64,000 nucleotides of DNA from an uncultured Actinomycetota bacterium (GTDB lineage Bacteria; Actinomycetota; Actinomycetes; Propionibacteriales; Nocardioidaceae): positions 371,426 to 435,425 of the forward strand of contig CAVQXF010000009.1 in NCBI GenBank assembly GCA_963717855.1. Direction: 5' to 3'. A program made the position numbers and the translations under genes. Positions 1 to 10,160 of the stretch are shown here, piece after piece. Under the pieces are notes generated by a model, which saw nothing but the letters and a program-made list of their open reading frames with translations, made no database searches and was not told the origin of the DNA. Each line of letters starts with the position of its first letter. Position 1 is the first letter of the stretch.

Positions 1-1598
1 GCCACGACGTACAGACCCGGCACCAGCACCAGCGCGAGGAGCTCGAGGGTGGCCAGCCAGCGGAAGGTCTTCTCGTCGGCCGGTCGGGCGGCGGCCAGCT
101 CGGTCGGATCGGCGTAGATCTCGTCGTTCGCGGTCGTCGTCGTGCCAGCCGCGCTCACGGCGCCGGTCTCAGGGTCCACCACCGGAGGCGGCGCCGCGCC
201 CCCTGCCGGGGCGGTGCCCGGATCCGTGGCGCCACCGGCCGTCGCGGGAGCGGTCCCGGCCGCGGCCTTGCCGTCGGCGGCCGGTGCCGCGTCGTCGGTG
301 CTCGGCTTGTTGGTGCCGGTCTCCGTCCCGCACGGGCCGGCGCCGGACTTGTCGCAGGCGGCGGGCTGCGGGGCCTTGTCGGCGAGCACGTTGCGGTTGA
401 GGTTCTTGCCGTCGAAGGTCGGGTTGTTGCACGAGCGGACGTCGCGGTTGGTCAGGTTGACCTTCGGGTCGGCCTTCTTGAGCTTGGCGAGCTGCTGGAA
501 GCCGGCCTGCACCAGGTTGAGCGGTAGCGGCGAGTAGCCGTAGGGACCGGCCTTGCTCTGCCCGGAGCACAGCGAGTAGTACATGAAGTCGGCCAGGGTC
601 TGCCGCTTGGCCGTAGACATCCGCGGGTCCTGGGCGCCGGTCGGGACGATCATGTAGGAGTACGACGAGATCGGGTAGGCCCGCGGATCGGCATTCGTGT
701 AGACGCCGTCGAGGATCTGGGTCAGGTAGAGCTGGCTGGACTTGTCCTGGTTGATCTTGGCCTTGGTGAGCGCGACCGCGGTGTTGTACTGCGTCGGCTC
801 GACGAAGTAGCCCGCCTTGTTCTCGACCTTGACGACCGGGTAGTCCGCGTTGATCGGGTAGGAGTACTCGACGTACCCGATCATCCCGTTGCCCGCGAAC
901 CCCTTGATGGTGTTCATGACCTGGTCCGACCCCGCCTGGCTGACCATCCGGTCACCCTTCTTGGGGTAGTAGGACGTGAGCCCGGACTGGCCGTAGTAGG
1001 GCCTCCAGATGTTCGGGTACTGGTGGTCCATCCAGGTCGTGAACTGCGCCGTCGTGCCCGACCCGTCGGAGCGGACGACCGGGATGATCGGCAGCGACGG
1101 GAACTTGCGCCCGTTGTTGTCCTTCGCGATCGTCGGGTCGTTCCAGTTGGTGATCTTGTTGGTGAAGATCTTCGCCACGGTCTCGCCCGAGAGCCGCAGG
1201 TTGCGGACCAGCTTGTTGCCGATCTTGAGCTGGTAGGTGAAGGCGGTACCGCCCGCGACGATCGGGAGGTAGGCGAACTCGCGACCGTTGCTGGTGTCGG
1301 CCTGGCCACGCTCGTCGGTGCCCTGGTAGGGGATCTCGGAGATCGCGAAGTCGGTGCTGTCCTGCGAGAAGTCCTTGCGGCCCTTGGTCGAGCCACCGCC
1401 GGTGTAGACGACCTTCATGCCGTTGGCGTCGACGTCGGCGATCCACTGCTGGACGATCAGCTCGGACCAGGTGGACCCGGTGCCCTCGATCTGGGCGTAG
1501 ACGGTGGCGTTGGCCGAGGTCGACGTGCCGGCCAGGAAGCTCATCGCCAGGGCGATGGCGACCAGGCTGCGGGCGACGGCTCGGACGGGGCGGTTCAC
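1..1598 (-). CDS. pstS: PstS-family phosphate-binding protein, non-lipoprotein, with C-terminal linker and transmembrane anchor (runs off window edge)
   Basis: Read manually; not in the ORF track because the stop lies outside the window. GTG at 1598 overlaps the pstA stop. Signal peptide, then YAQIEGTGSTWS, GGSTKGRKDF, DFAISE, PVVRSDGSGTTAQF, GYSPLP; ends in hydrophobic WLATLELLALVLVPGLYVVA. Confidence 0.85.
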   Translation of the reverse strand, partial: MNRPVRAVARSLVAIALAMSFLAGTSTSANATVYAQIEGTGSTWSELIVQQWIADVDANGMKVVYTGGGSTKGRKDFSQDSTDFAISEIPYQGTDERGQADTSNGREFAYLPIVAGGTAFTYQLKIGNKLVRNLRLSGETVAKIFTNKITNWNDPTIAKDNNGRKFPSLPIIPVVRSDGSGTTAQFTTWMDHQYPNIWRPYYGQSGLTSYYPKKGDRMVSQAGSDQVMNTIKGFAGNGMIGYVEYSYPINADYPVVKVENKAGYFVEPTQYNTAVALTKAKINQDKSSQLYLTQILDGVYTNADPRAYPISSYSYMIVPTGAQDPRMSTAKRQTLADFMYYSLCSGQSKAGPYGYSPLPLNLVQAGFQQLAKLKKADPKVNLTNRDVRSCNNPTFDGKNLNRNVLADKAPQPAACDKSGAGPCGTETGTNKPSTDDAAPAADGKAAAGTAPATAGGATDPGTAPAGGAAPPPVVDPETGAVSAAGTTTTANDEIYADPTELAAARPADEKTFRWLATLELLALVLVPGLYVV

Positions 1599-2842
1599 GG
1601 GTTCTCCTCGGGTCGTGCAGGCGGGTTGACCGGGCCCATCTCGACGAGCGGGTCGGCCATGACGAGGTCCACTGCGGGGCGTCCTCGGCGGGTGTTGGAC
1701 CTCGTGCGCTGGCTCTTCGTGCGCTTGGGTCGGGCGATCAGCCGCGCGATCACGAAGAGGATCATGACGAGGGCGAGCAGCACGCTGGCGCCGGCGAAGG
1801 CGCGGGCGACCGCGTTCGGCTCGCCGGTGCGCACCAGCGAGTAGACGAAGAGCGGCAGGGAGTTCATCACGCCGTCGGTCGGGTTGACGACGACGAACTG
1901 CGCGTTGCCGGAGGTCAGCAGCACCGGGCTGGTCTCGCCGATGCCGCGAGCGACGCCGAGGATGCAGGCGGTCGCGAGCCCGGGCCGCGCGGTCGGCAGC
2001 ACGACGTGCCAGACCGTGCGCCAGCGGCTCGCGCCGAGCGCGAGGCTCGCCTCGCGCAGCCCGCCGGGGATCACCCGGAGCACGACGTCGGCGGCGCGGG
2101 CGATGATCGGCAGCATCATCACCGAGATCGCCAGGCCGGCGGCGAGGCCGGAGCGCGGGTAGCCCAGCGCGACGATGAACACCGTGTAGATGAAGAGCCC
2201 GGCCACGATGGAGGGCAGCGCGGTCATCGCCTCGACCACGGTGCGCACGACCTTGGCGAACTTCCCGCCGACCTCCGACATGAAGATCGCGGTGCCGATA
2301 CCCAGTGGCAGCGTGATGGCGACCGCGATCCCGATCTGGATCAGCGACCCGACGATCGCGTGCAGCACGCCACCCTTGTCGAAGTCGTCCTTCGGGCCGA
2401 CCCCCGACATGTCCTGGGTGAAGAAGTTGAGGTGCTTGAGGGCGGGCCAGCCCTTCACCACCACGAAGACCACGGCGCTGACCAGCACGGCACCCACGAG
2501 CGCGGCGCCGATGACCATGATCGTCGAGGCGAGGCGGTCGCGGGCCTCGACGGCACCGCCGCTCATCGCACCCGTGACCGCGGTGACCGCCAGGGTCCCG
2601 GCCAGCCAGATCACCAGGAACCACGGCAGCCCGTCGAGCGGGAGCAGGCGCTGGGTGATCACCCAGGCGAGGCCCAGGCCCGAGGCCACGCTGCCGATCC
2701 GGACGAACTTCTCGTCGACGGTCAGCCGGCCCAGGGACGCGCGGGGTACGGCGGGCGCCGCGTCGTCGTCGTACCGGGGCAGGAACGTCTGGCCGACGGT
2801 GCCCTGGGTGGTGGGGACGTCGGTCTCGGGGGCGAGCGTCAT
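1595..2842 (-). CDS. pstA: phosphate ABC transporter permease PstA with N-terminal extra TM segments
   Basis: Motifs GGVLHAIVGS, LPSIVAGLF, LREASLALGASRWRTV, ARGIGETSP; lies between pstC and pstS. Confidence 0.92.
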   Translation of the reverse strand: MTLAPETDVPTTQGTVGQTFLPRYDDDAAPAVPRASLGRLTVDEKFVRIGSVASGLGLAWVITQRLLPLDGLPWFLVIWLAGTLAVTAVTGAMSGGAVEARDRLASTIMVIGAALVGAVLVSAVVFVVVKGWPALKHLNFFTQDMSGVGPKDDFDKGGVLHAIVGSLIQIGIAVAITLPLGIGTAIFMSEVGGKFAKVVRTVVEAMTALPSIVAGLFIYTVFIVALGYPRSGLAAGLAISVMMLPIIARAADVVLRVIPGGLREASLALGASRWRTVWHVVLPTARPGLATACILGVARGIGETSPVLLTSGNAQFVVVNPTDGVMNSLPLFVYSLVRTGEPNAVARAFAGASVLLALVMILFVIARLIARPKRTKSQRTRSNTRRGRPAVDLVMADPLVEMGPVNPPARPEENP

Positions 2843-3856
2843 CTAGGCGTCCGTCCCGGCGCCCGAGCGGCTTCTGTTGACGATCGTCGCGGCGATCGTG
2901 TTGATGACGAGGGTGATGAGGAAGAGGACGAAGCCGGCCGCGAGCAGCGCGGAGAGCTGGCTCGAGCTGGCGTCACCGAAGCGGCCCGCGATCAGCGCGG
3001 AGACGGTGTTGCCGCCGATCTCGAGGATCCGTGGCTTCACCTCGAAGGACGGCGAGAGGATGAGCAGCACGGCGATGGTCTCGCCGAGCGCCCGACCGAG
3101 GCCGAGCATCGCGCCGCCGATGATGCCGCCGCGGCCGAACGGGATCACGACCGAGCGGACCATGCCCCAGCGGGTGGCGCCGAGCGCGAGCGCGGCCTCC
3201 TTCTCGCCCTGCGGGGTCTGGGAGAACACCTGCCGCATCACGGCGCACGCCATCGGCAGCACCATCATCGCGACCGCGATGCCGGCCACGAACATGCTGA
3301 AGCTGTAGCGCGAGAGCATCGGGACGGCGGCGTTCGGATCGGCGTCCTTGACCTGGAAGAAGGGGATGAAGCCGAGGTTGCGGTCCAGCCACATCGCCAG
3401 GCCGGCCGCGTGCTCCATGATCAGGTAGGAGCCCCACAGGCCCCAGATGATCGAGGGCACCGCGGCCATCAGGTCGATGAGGGAGACCAGGGTGGCTCGG
3501 ATCCCCGCCGGCGCGTACTCACTGATGTAGAGCGCGGTGATCAGCGCCAGCGGGAAGGCGATGGACATCGCGATCAGGGCGACCAGAACGGTCCCGCTGA
3601 GCACGGCGGCGATCCCGAGGACGTCGGCCTCCGGCTGCCACGCCGACTCGGTGAAGAAGCTCCACCCGTAGTGCCGCAAGGTCGGCAGCGCCTGCCAGCC
3701 CAGGAAGATCCCGACGCCACCGGTGATGACGAGGACCACCGATCCGACCACGCGGATCGAGAACACGAAGACCTTGTCCGCACCGGTGGCCTTGCGCGAG
3801 ATGGCGCGAGGGGTGGCCTCGGCGGCAGACGCGTCCTGGAGCGGGAGGGTCGTCAC
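2843..3856 (-). CDS. pstC: phosphate ABC transporter permease PstC
   Basis: Motifs AAVPSIIWGLWG, KEAALALGATRW, LGRALGETIAV; probable GTG start at 3856. Confidence 0.92.
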   Translation of the reverse strand: MTTLPLQDASAAEATPRAISRKATGADKVFVFSIRVVGSVVLVITGGVGIFLGWQALPTLRHYGWSFFTESAWQPEADVLGIAAVLSGTVLVALIAMSIAFPLALITALYISEYAPAGIRATLVSLIDLMAAVPSIIWGLWGSYLIMEHAAGLAMWLDRNLGFIPFFQVKDADPNAAVPMLSRYSFSMFVAGIAVAMMVLPMACAVMRQVFSQTPQGEKEAALALGATRWGMVRSVVIPFGRGGIIGGAMLGLGRALGETIAVLLILSPSFEVKPRILEIGGNTVSALIAGRFGDASSSQLSALLAAGFVLFLITLVINTIAATIVNRSRSGAGTDA

Positions 3857-3917
3857 CTGGTTCTTTCTGGCGAAGCGCTCGGTCGAGCGCGCGGGCAAAC
3901 GCCAGAAGTGTCAGGAG

Positions 3918-3961
3918 ATCACCGGAACGAACGGCCCTCCGCCGGTGAACGACGAGCGAAC
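3918..3961 (-). promoter_or_regulatory. putative PHO box (PhoP 11-bp direct repeat units) upstream of pstC
   Basis: Minus strand reads GTTCGCTCGTC GTTCACCGGCG GAGGGCCGTTC GTTCCGGTGAT, with GTTC starts at 3961, 3950 and 3928 (11-bp phase). Resembles the Streptomyces GTTCACC repeat unit. Confidence 0.65.
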
Positions 3962-4073
3962 AGCAACGCCTGCTTTCGCCAACTTCGTCGCCGGCGCGTT
4001 TTCGGGTAGTCCGAACGGGCCATGCTCGGCCGCCCCGCTGATCCGAACGGGTCAGGGGCAGGCGCGGGTCGAC

Positions 4074-4095
4074 GTTCAACGTCCGTTCAGCAGCT
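4074..4095 (+). promoter_or_regulatory. putative PHO box facing the divergent hypothetical-MFS-TolB-like genes
   Basis: GTTCAACGTCC GTTCAGCAGCT; GTTCA at 4074 and 4085, exactly 11 bp apart. Confidence 0.55.
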
Positions 4096-4246
4096 CGTCG
4101 AGACGCCTTGCAGACAGCGGATTCGCCCCGTCCCCACTCTTGGGTATGTGTCCGCGGTTGACCCAGGGATCAGCTGTCCGAGCGCCGACGCTCGAGGTGC
4201 AAGTGGGGGACCAGTGGGGTCCTTCCTCTGTGCCTGGAGCTCGCTG

Positions 4247-4981
4247 ATGTCGCACCGTCGCAGCCTCGTCCTCGCGATCGCCGTAGCGGTCGTGATCGCG
4301 GTCGCGGTCGGAGGCGCGCTCGGTCTCGGCCTCGGAGGGGACCAGGACACGGAACCCACGGCCACGTCCGGCTCCTCAGGGGCCGACGACCCGAACGCCC
4401 CGGCCGGTTCGCCGAGCGCAAGCCCGGCGAGCCGGCCGGGGACCAGCTCCGGCGCCGGAGCCCGGGCGCCGACCTCCGGGCATCGCCGTCGCGCACCAGG
4501 TCGGCGCAGCACCGGCGGGACAAGGCGGCGTCGAGGTCTGCCGGAGGTGCCGGGCGTGACCCCGAGCGGTCTCCCTGGACTGCCGGATCCGGCCGCCTCG
4601 CAGAAGACGCGCCGCTGCCGACCTGGGAGGCTACCCGACCAAGTCCGTGTCGGCTCAGGGACGCCTCGTCGCCGGCTACCCGACCGCGCCTGCTTCCCGC
4701 CGCGCCCCGCGCCCCGTGGTCACCAGCAGCGTGTCGCCGCGCGAGCGACCGGGTCCAGGTCGCACTGGTCGCGCGGCGCGGACAGCGACCGCGACGGCGT
4801 ACTGCGGTTCTACCGGGCCGGCTCGCCCGAGCCGGGTTCGAGGAGCATCCGGTCACGGCCGTCGGCGGCGCGACGGCCGCCGCCTTCACCCGCGGTGACA
4901 GCCGGGTGGTCGTCACCGTCGACCCCGGTCGCTGCCCGGACCTACTCCGTCTTCGCGACACTCGGCGCCGACAAGGCCTGA
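4247..4981 (+). CDS. hypothetical N-terminally anchored exported protein (frameshifted)
   Basis: MSHRRSLVLAIAVAVVIAVAVGG TM segment, P/S/G-rich linker; the C-terminal part is spread over several frames. Confidence 0.6.
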   Translation: MSHRRSLVLAIAVAVVIAVAVGGALGLGLGGDQDTEPTATSGSSGADDPNAPAGSPSASPASRPGTSSGAGARAPTSGHRRRAPGRRSTGGTRRRRGLPEVPGVTPSGLPGLPDPAASQKTRRCRPGRLPDQVRVGSGTPRRRLPDRACFPPRPAPRGHQQRVAARATGSRSHWSRGADSDRDGVLRFYRAGSPEPGSRSIRSRPSAARRPPPSPAVTAGWSSPSTPVAARTYSVFATLGADKA

Positions 4982-4985
4982 GCCC

Positions 4986-6240
4986 GTGTACATCACCCTC
5001 AACGACCGGCCCGCGGCCACCGCCAAGAGCCCGGACGGGCGACGCCGCAGGGTCGCGCCCGTCGTGGTCACCCTCGGGTGTCGTCAGCCTGCTCACCGAC
5101 ATCTCCTCGGAGTCGGTCGCCGCGATCCTGCCGCTCTACCTGACCGCGGTCGTCGGGCTCTCCTCGATCTCGCTACGGCTTCATCGACGCGCTCTACCAG
5201 GGCGTCAGCGCCCTGGTCCGGATCGGCGGCGGCTGGGCGGCCGACCGCGGCGGACATCCCAAGTGGGTGGCCCTGCTCGGGTACGGCGTGTCCGCGGTCG
5301 CCCGGTTCTTCCTGCTCTTCAGCACCGGGCTGGCCGCGATCTCGGCCGTGATCGCCGCGGACCGGATCGGCAAGGGCGTGCGCACCGCGCCGCGCGACGC
5401 GATGATCTCGGCCGCGACGCCGCAGGAGCACCTCGGCTACGCCTTCGGCGTGCACCGCGCCCTCGACACCATCGGCGCGGCGATCGGGCCGCTGATCGCG
5501 TTCGGCGATCCTGTGGTGGATCCCCGACGGCTACCTCACGGTCATGGTCGTCTCGTTCGGCTTCGCCGTCCTCGGGGTCGCGCTCCTCGGGCTGCTCGTG
5601 CCCGACCGTCCGTCCGCCGAGCCCCGGGCCGAGCGGGCCCCGGTGCGCTGGCGCGACGTCGCGCAGCCCGGGATGGTGCGGCTGCTCGTGGTCGCCGGCG
5701 TGCTCGGCCTGCTGACGGTCGGCGACGGCTTCGTCTACCTCGCGCTGCTCGACCGCGGCGGCTTCGCCGCGCACTGGTTCCCGCTGCTCTACGTCGGCAC
5801 CAACGTCGTCTACCTGCTCGCTCGCCATCCCGATCGGGCCGGCTCGCCGACCGGGTCGGCAAGGCGAAGGTGCTGATCGCCGGCCACGTGCGCGCTCCTG
5901 GCCGCGTACGTCGCGGCGGCGCTGCTCGTGGGACGCGACGGTCTCGACCCTGCTGGCGCTGCTGCTGCTCGGGACCTTCTACGCCGCCACCGACGGGGTG
6001 ATCGCGGCCCTCGCCGGGCGACTGGTCCCGCCGGAGGTGCGCGCCAGCGGCATCGCCTCGGCGCAGACCGTCGTCGCGCGTCGCCCGGATGGCGTCGTCG
6101 GCGGTGTTCGGGATGCTGTGGTTCTCGCTCGGCCCGCAGCTGCGCGCTGGTCGTCGGTCGGGACCGGCCTGCTCGTCGCGATCCCGGTGGCGCTTCGGCG
6201 CCGTCCGCCGGCTCGATCTCGCGCCGCGGCGGCGCGATGA
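4986..6240 (+). CDS. MFS transporter (frameshifted)
   Basis: Fragments VVSLLTDISSESVAAILPLYL, DRIGKGVRTAPRDAMIS, AFGVHRALDTIGAAIGP, GRLADRVGK across frames. Confidence 0.85.
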
Positions 6241-7287
6241 GCCGCGTGCCCGCATCGCCGCCTTCGTCGGCCGCTGGTGTTCGTGCGTCGTGACCGGCGC
6301 GACGGCGTACGCCGTGCACGGCCGCCAGCAGCTACCGCGCAGCGGCACGACGCGGCCGCCGACCGTGCCGACGTCGCGGACGCGCCGCGACGGCTGCCTG
6401 GCCACCGGGCCGCGCATCGTCTTCCGCCACACCGGGATCGACCGCAGCTACGGGCTGGTGGCCGGCGGTGCCGCTCGACGACCCGGGCGGTCCGCGCGCG
6501 TTCACCGACGTCGCCTGCGACCGGGTCGACGCGACGTCGGACGGGACGTCTCGTGCCTGCACACCGAGCGCGGCGTGGTGACCAGGTACTCCGCTGCCGA
6601 GCTCGACGCCGACCTGGCACGAGGTCAGCACCGCGCGTCGCTGCCCGGGATCCCGAGCCGCACCCGGCTCTCCCCCGACGGCACGCCTGGTGGCCACCAC
6701 GACGTTCGTCAGCGGGCACTCCTACATGCAGATGGGGTTCTCCACCGCGACCGAGATCCGCGACGTCGGCGGCGACGAGCCACGGCAACCTCGAGCAGTT
6801 CACGCTGGTGCTCGACGGCGAGGAGCGTGCGCGCCCACCGACCGCAACCTGTGGGGCGTGACCTTCGCTCGACGACGACGACACCTTCTACGCCACGGTC
6901 GGCGACCGGCGGCGAGACCTACCTGGTCACGCGGCGACCTGCGCGACGCGCACGCTCACCGCCGCTCGCCGACCACGTCGAGTGCCCCTCGCTCTCCCCC
7001 GACGGCACCCGGATCGCCTTCAAGCAGGCCGACGAGCGCGACGGGCACGCACTGGTGGCCCTCGCGGTGCTCGACCTGGCCACCGGCAAGCGCGACGCGT
7101 GCTCGCCGGCGAGACGCCACAGCGTCGACGACCAGTCGAGTGGCTCGACGACGACACGATGCTCTACGGCCTGCCCCGCGACCGAGCGAGCCCGGCGTCA
7201 CCGACGTGTGGGCGCTGGACACCACGGCCGACGGCCGCGCCCCGGCTGCTGATCGAGCAGGCCTGGTCGCCCGCCGTGGTCCGCTGA
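6237..7287 (+). CDS. TolB-like / PD40 beta-propeller exported protein (frameshifted)
   Basis: ATGA overlap with the MFS gene; GIPSRTRLSPDG, TFVSGHSY, DRNLWGVTF, VECPSLSPDGTRIAFK, AWSPAVVR. Confidence 0.75.
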
Positions 7288-7327
7288 GCGTCGCGGTCCG
7301 CACCGACTCGGCGTCCCGCCTGGACTG

Positions 7328-8668
7328 TCACGCAGGTCGGGTGTCGCTCATCGGACGCCCGAGGGCGCGGTAGGTCCAGCCCGCGGCCTCGCCAGCGATC
7401 GGGGTCCAGGGCGTTGCGCCCGTCGAGCACCCGCCGGGTGCGGACCAGCGTCGCCGAGCTCGACGGGGTCGAGGTCGACGTACTCGCGCCACTCGGTGAG
7501 CAGCAGCACCAGGTCGGCGCCGGTGACGGCCTCCTCGGCGGTGAAGGCGTACTTCAGGTCCGGCCAGCGGCGGCCGGGCGTTGTCGATCGCCTGCGGGTC
7601 GGTGACCACCACCTCGGCGCCCTGCAGGGACATCTGGGCGGCGACGCTGAGGGCCGGGCGAGTCGCGGACGTCGTCGCTGTCGGGCTTGAACGCACGCGC
7701 CGAGGACCGCGATCCGGCGCCCGACGATCGAGCCCTGGCACTCCTCGCGGGCCAGGTCGACCATCCGCACCCGGCGGCGCAGGTTGATCGCGTCGACCTC
7801 GCGGAGGAAGGCCAGCGCCTGGTCGGCGCCGAGCTCGCCGGCGCGGGCCATGAACGCCCGGATGTCCTTGGGCAGGCAGCCACCGCCGAAGCCGAGCCCG
7901 GCGCTGCAGGAACTGCGGCCCGATCCGGGTGTCGTGACCGATCGCGTCGGCGAGGCCGTACGACGTCGCCGCCGGCGGCCTCGCAGACCTCGGCCATCGC
8001 GTTGATGAAGGAGATCTTGGTGGCCAGGAAGGAGTTGGCGGCGACCTTGACCAGCTGCGCGGTGGCCAGGTCGGTCTCGATGAGCGGGGACGCCCTCGGC
8101 GAGGGGCGGGCGTAGACCTCGCGCAGCACCGCCCGGGCGTGGTCGCGCGGCGTCGTCCTCGGCCAGCCCGATCACCAGCCGGTCGGGGTGCAGGGTGTCG
8201 TGGACCGCGTGGCCCTCGCGCAGGAACTCCGGGTTCCACACCAGCGTGGCGCCCGGGCAGGCCGCGCGGCACCTCGGCGAGCAGGCCGCTCAGCGGTGCC
8301 GACCGGCACCGTGGACTTGCCGACGACCACGTCGCCGGGGCGCAGGTGGGGCAGCAGCGTCTCGACCGCGGCCTCGACGTGGCTGACGTCCGCGGCGTTC
8401 TCGCCGCGGCCGCTGCGGCGTGCCGACGCAGACGAAGTGCACCGTGCAGCCCTCGGCGGCCGCCAGGTCGGTGGTGAAGCGCAGCGAGCCCCGCGCCGAC
8501 GGCGAGCAGCTCGCGCAGGCCGGGCTCGTAGAACGGCGCCTCGCCCGGCCGACGAGCGCGCGACCTTGTCGCGTCGACGTCGATGCCGACGACGTCGTGG
8601 CCCAGCGCGGCCAGGCCGGCCGCGTGGACCGCACCGAGGTAGCCGCATCCGATCACCGAGATCCGCAC
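7328..8668 (-). CDS. ugd: UDP-glucose/GDP-mannose dehydrogenase (frameshifted)
   Basis: VIGCGYLG Rossmann motif, CVGTP, KSTVPVG, WNPEFLREG, KVAANSFLATKISFIN, GFGGGCLPKD, FKPDSDDVRDS. Confidence 0.92.
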   Translation of the reverse strand: MRISVIGCGYLGAVHAAGLAALGHDVVGIDVDATRSRARRPGEAPFYEPGLRELLAVGAGLAALHHRPGGRRGLHGALRLRRHAAAAAARTPRTSATSRPRSRRCCPTCAPATWSSASPRCRSAPLSGLLAEVPRGLPGRHAGVEPGVPARGPRGPRHPAPRPAGDRAGRGRRRATTPGRCCARSTPAPRRGRPRSSRPTWPPRSWSRSPPTPSWPPRSPSSTRWPRSARPPAATSYGLADAIGHDTRIGPQFLQRRARLRRWLPAQGHPGVHGPRRRARRRPGAGLPPRGRRDQPAPPGADGRPGPRGVPGLDRRAPDRGPRRVRSSPTATTSATRPALSVAAQMSLQGAEVVVTDPQAIDNARPPLAGPEVRLHRRGGRHRRRPGAAAHRVARVRRPRPRRARRRWSAPGGCSTGATPWTPIAGEAAGWTYRALGRPMSDTRPA

Positions 8669-8682
8669 GATCGTCCGCCTCC

Positions 8683-10044
8683 TCAGGCGCCCGAGGCGGC
8701 TGGTGCCGCACGGTCGCGGGCGGCGGGCCACGGGCTGCGGACGAGCACGAAGCCCGGCAGCCTCCGGGCGTGTCCAGGCGACGTACGCCGGGCGCGGTCG
8801 AGGCCGCGCGGGCCGGCGGGTCCCGCCCGACCAGCCGGTCGAAGACCGCCGACGTACGCCTCGCGACTGCGGCCGCCAGTCGAGCGACGTCGCGGACCCG
8901 CTCGCGGGCCCGCAGCGACATCGCCTCGCGGCGCAGCGGGGTCGTCGAGCAGCCGCTCGACGGCGTCGGCGAACGCCTGCACGTCACCGGAGGGCACGTA
9001 GAGGCAGGAGTCCTGCCCCCGACACCCGGGTCTCGACCAGGTCGAAGGAGACCGACGGCAGCGCGTAGGCCATGTACTCCATGGTCTTGTTCATCGTGGA
9101 GACGTCGTTGAGCGGCGTCTTGCAGGTCGGGGCAGAGGCCGACGTCGGCCGCGCTGAGGTGCTCGGCGATCATCGTCCGGTCCGGCCCGGCCGGTGAAGG
9201 TGACGACGTCGTCGAGGCCGAGCTCGTGCGACTGCGCCGCTGCAGGTCGTCGTAGGCAGTCGCCGAAGCCGAGCAGCGTCGCGTGCGACGTCGTGGCGAC
9301 CGCGCGCGTGCACCAGCTCGTCCATGACGTCGAGGACCAGGTCGACGCCGTCCTGCGGGCCCATGATCCCGAGGTAGACCAGCGAGTGGCGCCGCGCGGG
9401 CGCACGTCCGGCGGCCGGGCTAGATCGGGCGCATCGCCGCGGTGTCCGGGCCGCTGCGGACGACGGTGACGTCGTCGGGCGCCGAGGCCGCCCGCGCTCG
9501 ATGGCGATCTCGCTGGTACGACTCGTTGGTGGAGATGACGTGGTCGGCCGTCGCGGTAGGTCATCCGCTCGAGCCAGCGCAGCGCGCCCAGCTGCGCCCG
9601 GCCCGCGCGAGCCGTGCGGCTCGCCGAACCGGGACAGGAAGAGCTCGGGGTTCAGGTCGTGCTGGTCGAAGACGAAGCGCACGCCGCGCCGCTTCCAGCA
9701 GCCGGGCGAGCGCCCAGTAGGTGTCCGGCGGGTTGCACGCCTGGATCACCTGGAACGGCTCGCGCGCGCCAGACCCGGACGGACAGCCAGCGCCGTGCGC
9801 ACCCAGGAGTAGACGAACTCCAGCAGGTAGCCGAGCACTCCCTTGGCCTGCCGGCGCCGGCCGGTACTTGTGGATGCGGACGCCGTCGATGATCTCGCGA
9901 GGCGGGTCGCCCGGACCCTTGGGGCAGATCACGCTGACGTCGTAGCCGGCCGCGACGCAGGGCCTGGCACTCCAGCCACACCCGGCGGTCCAGCGGCACC
10001 GGCAGGTTCTGCACGATGACGAGGACGTGCGTGCCGGCGGGCAT
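8683..10044 (-). CDS. glycosyltransferase family 4 (frameshifted)
   Basis: VQNLPVPLDRRVWLEC, QACNPPDTYW, FDQHDLNPE, YLGIMGPQDGVD, STMNKTMEYMA. Confidence 0.88.
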
Positions 10045-10160
10045 GTCGCCAGATCTCGACGAGCCTCCCGGGGCCCTCCGACGCCGAAGTGCCACTTCAC
10101 CGAAGTGGTGAGCACCCTTGGGGGGCCTGACCGGCCCTTCCGAAGCGCTCACTTCACCGG

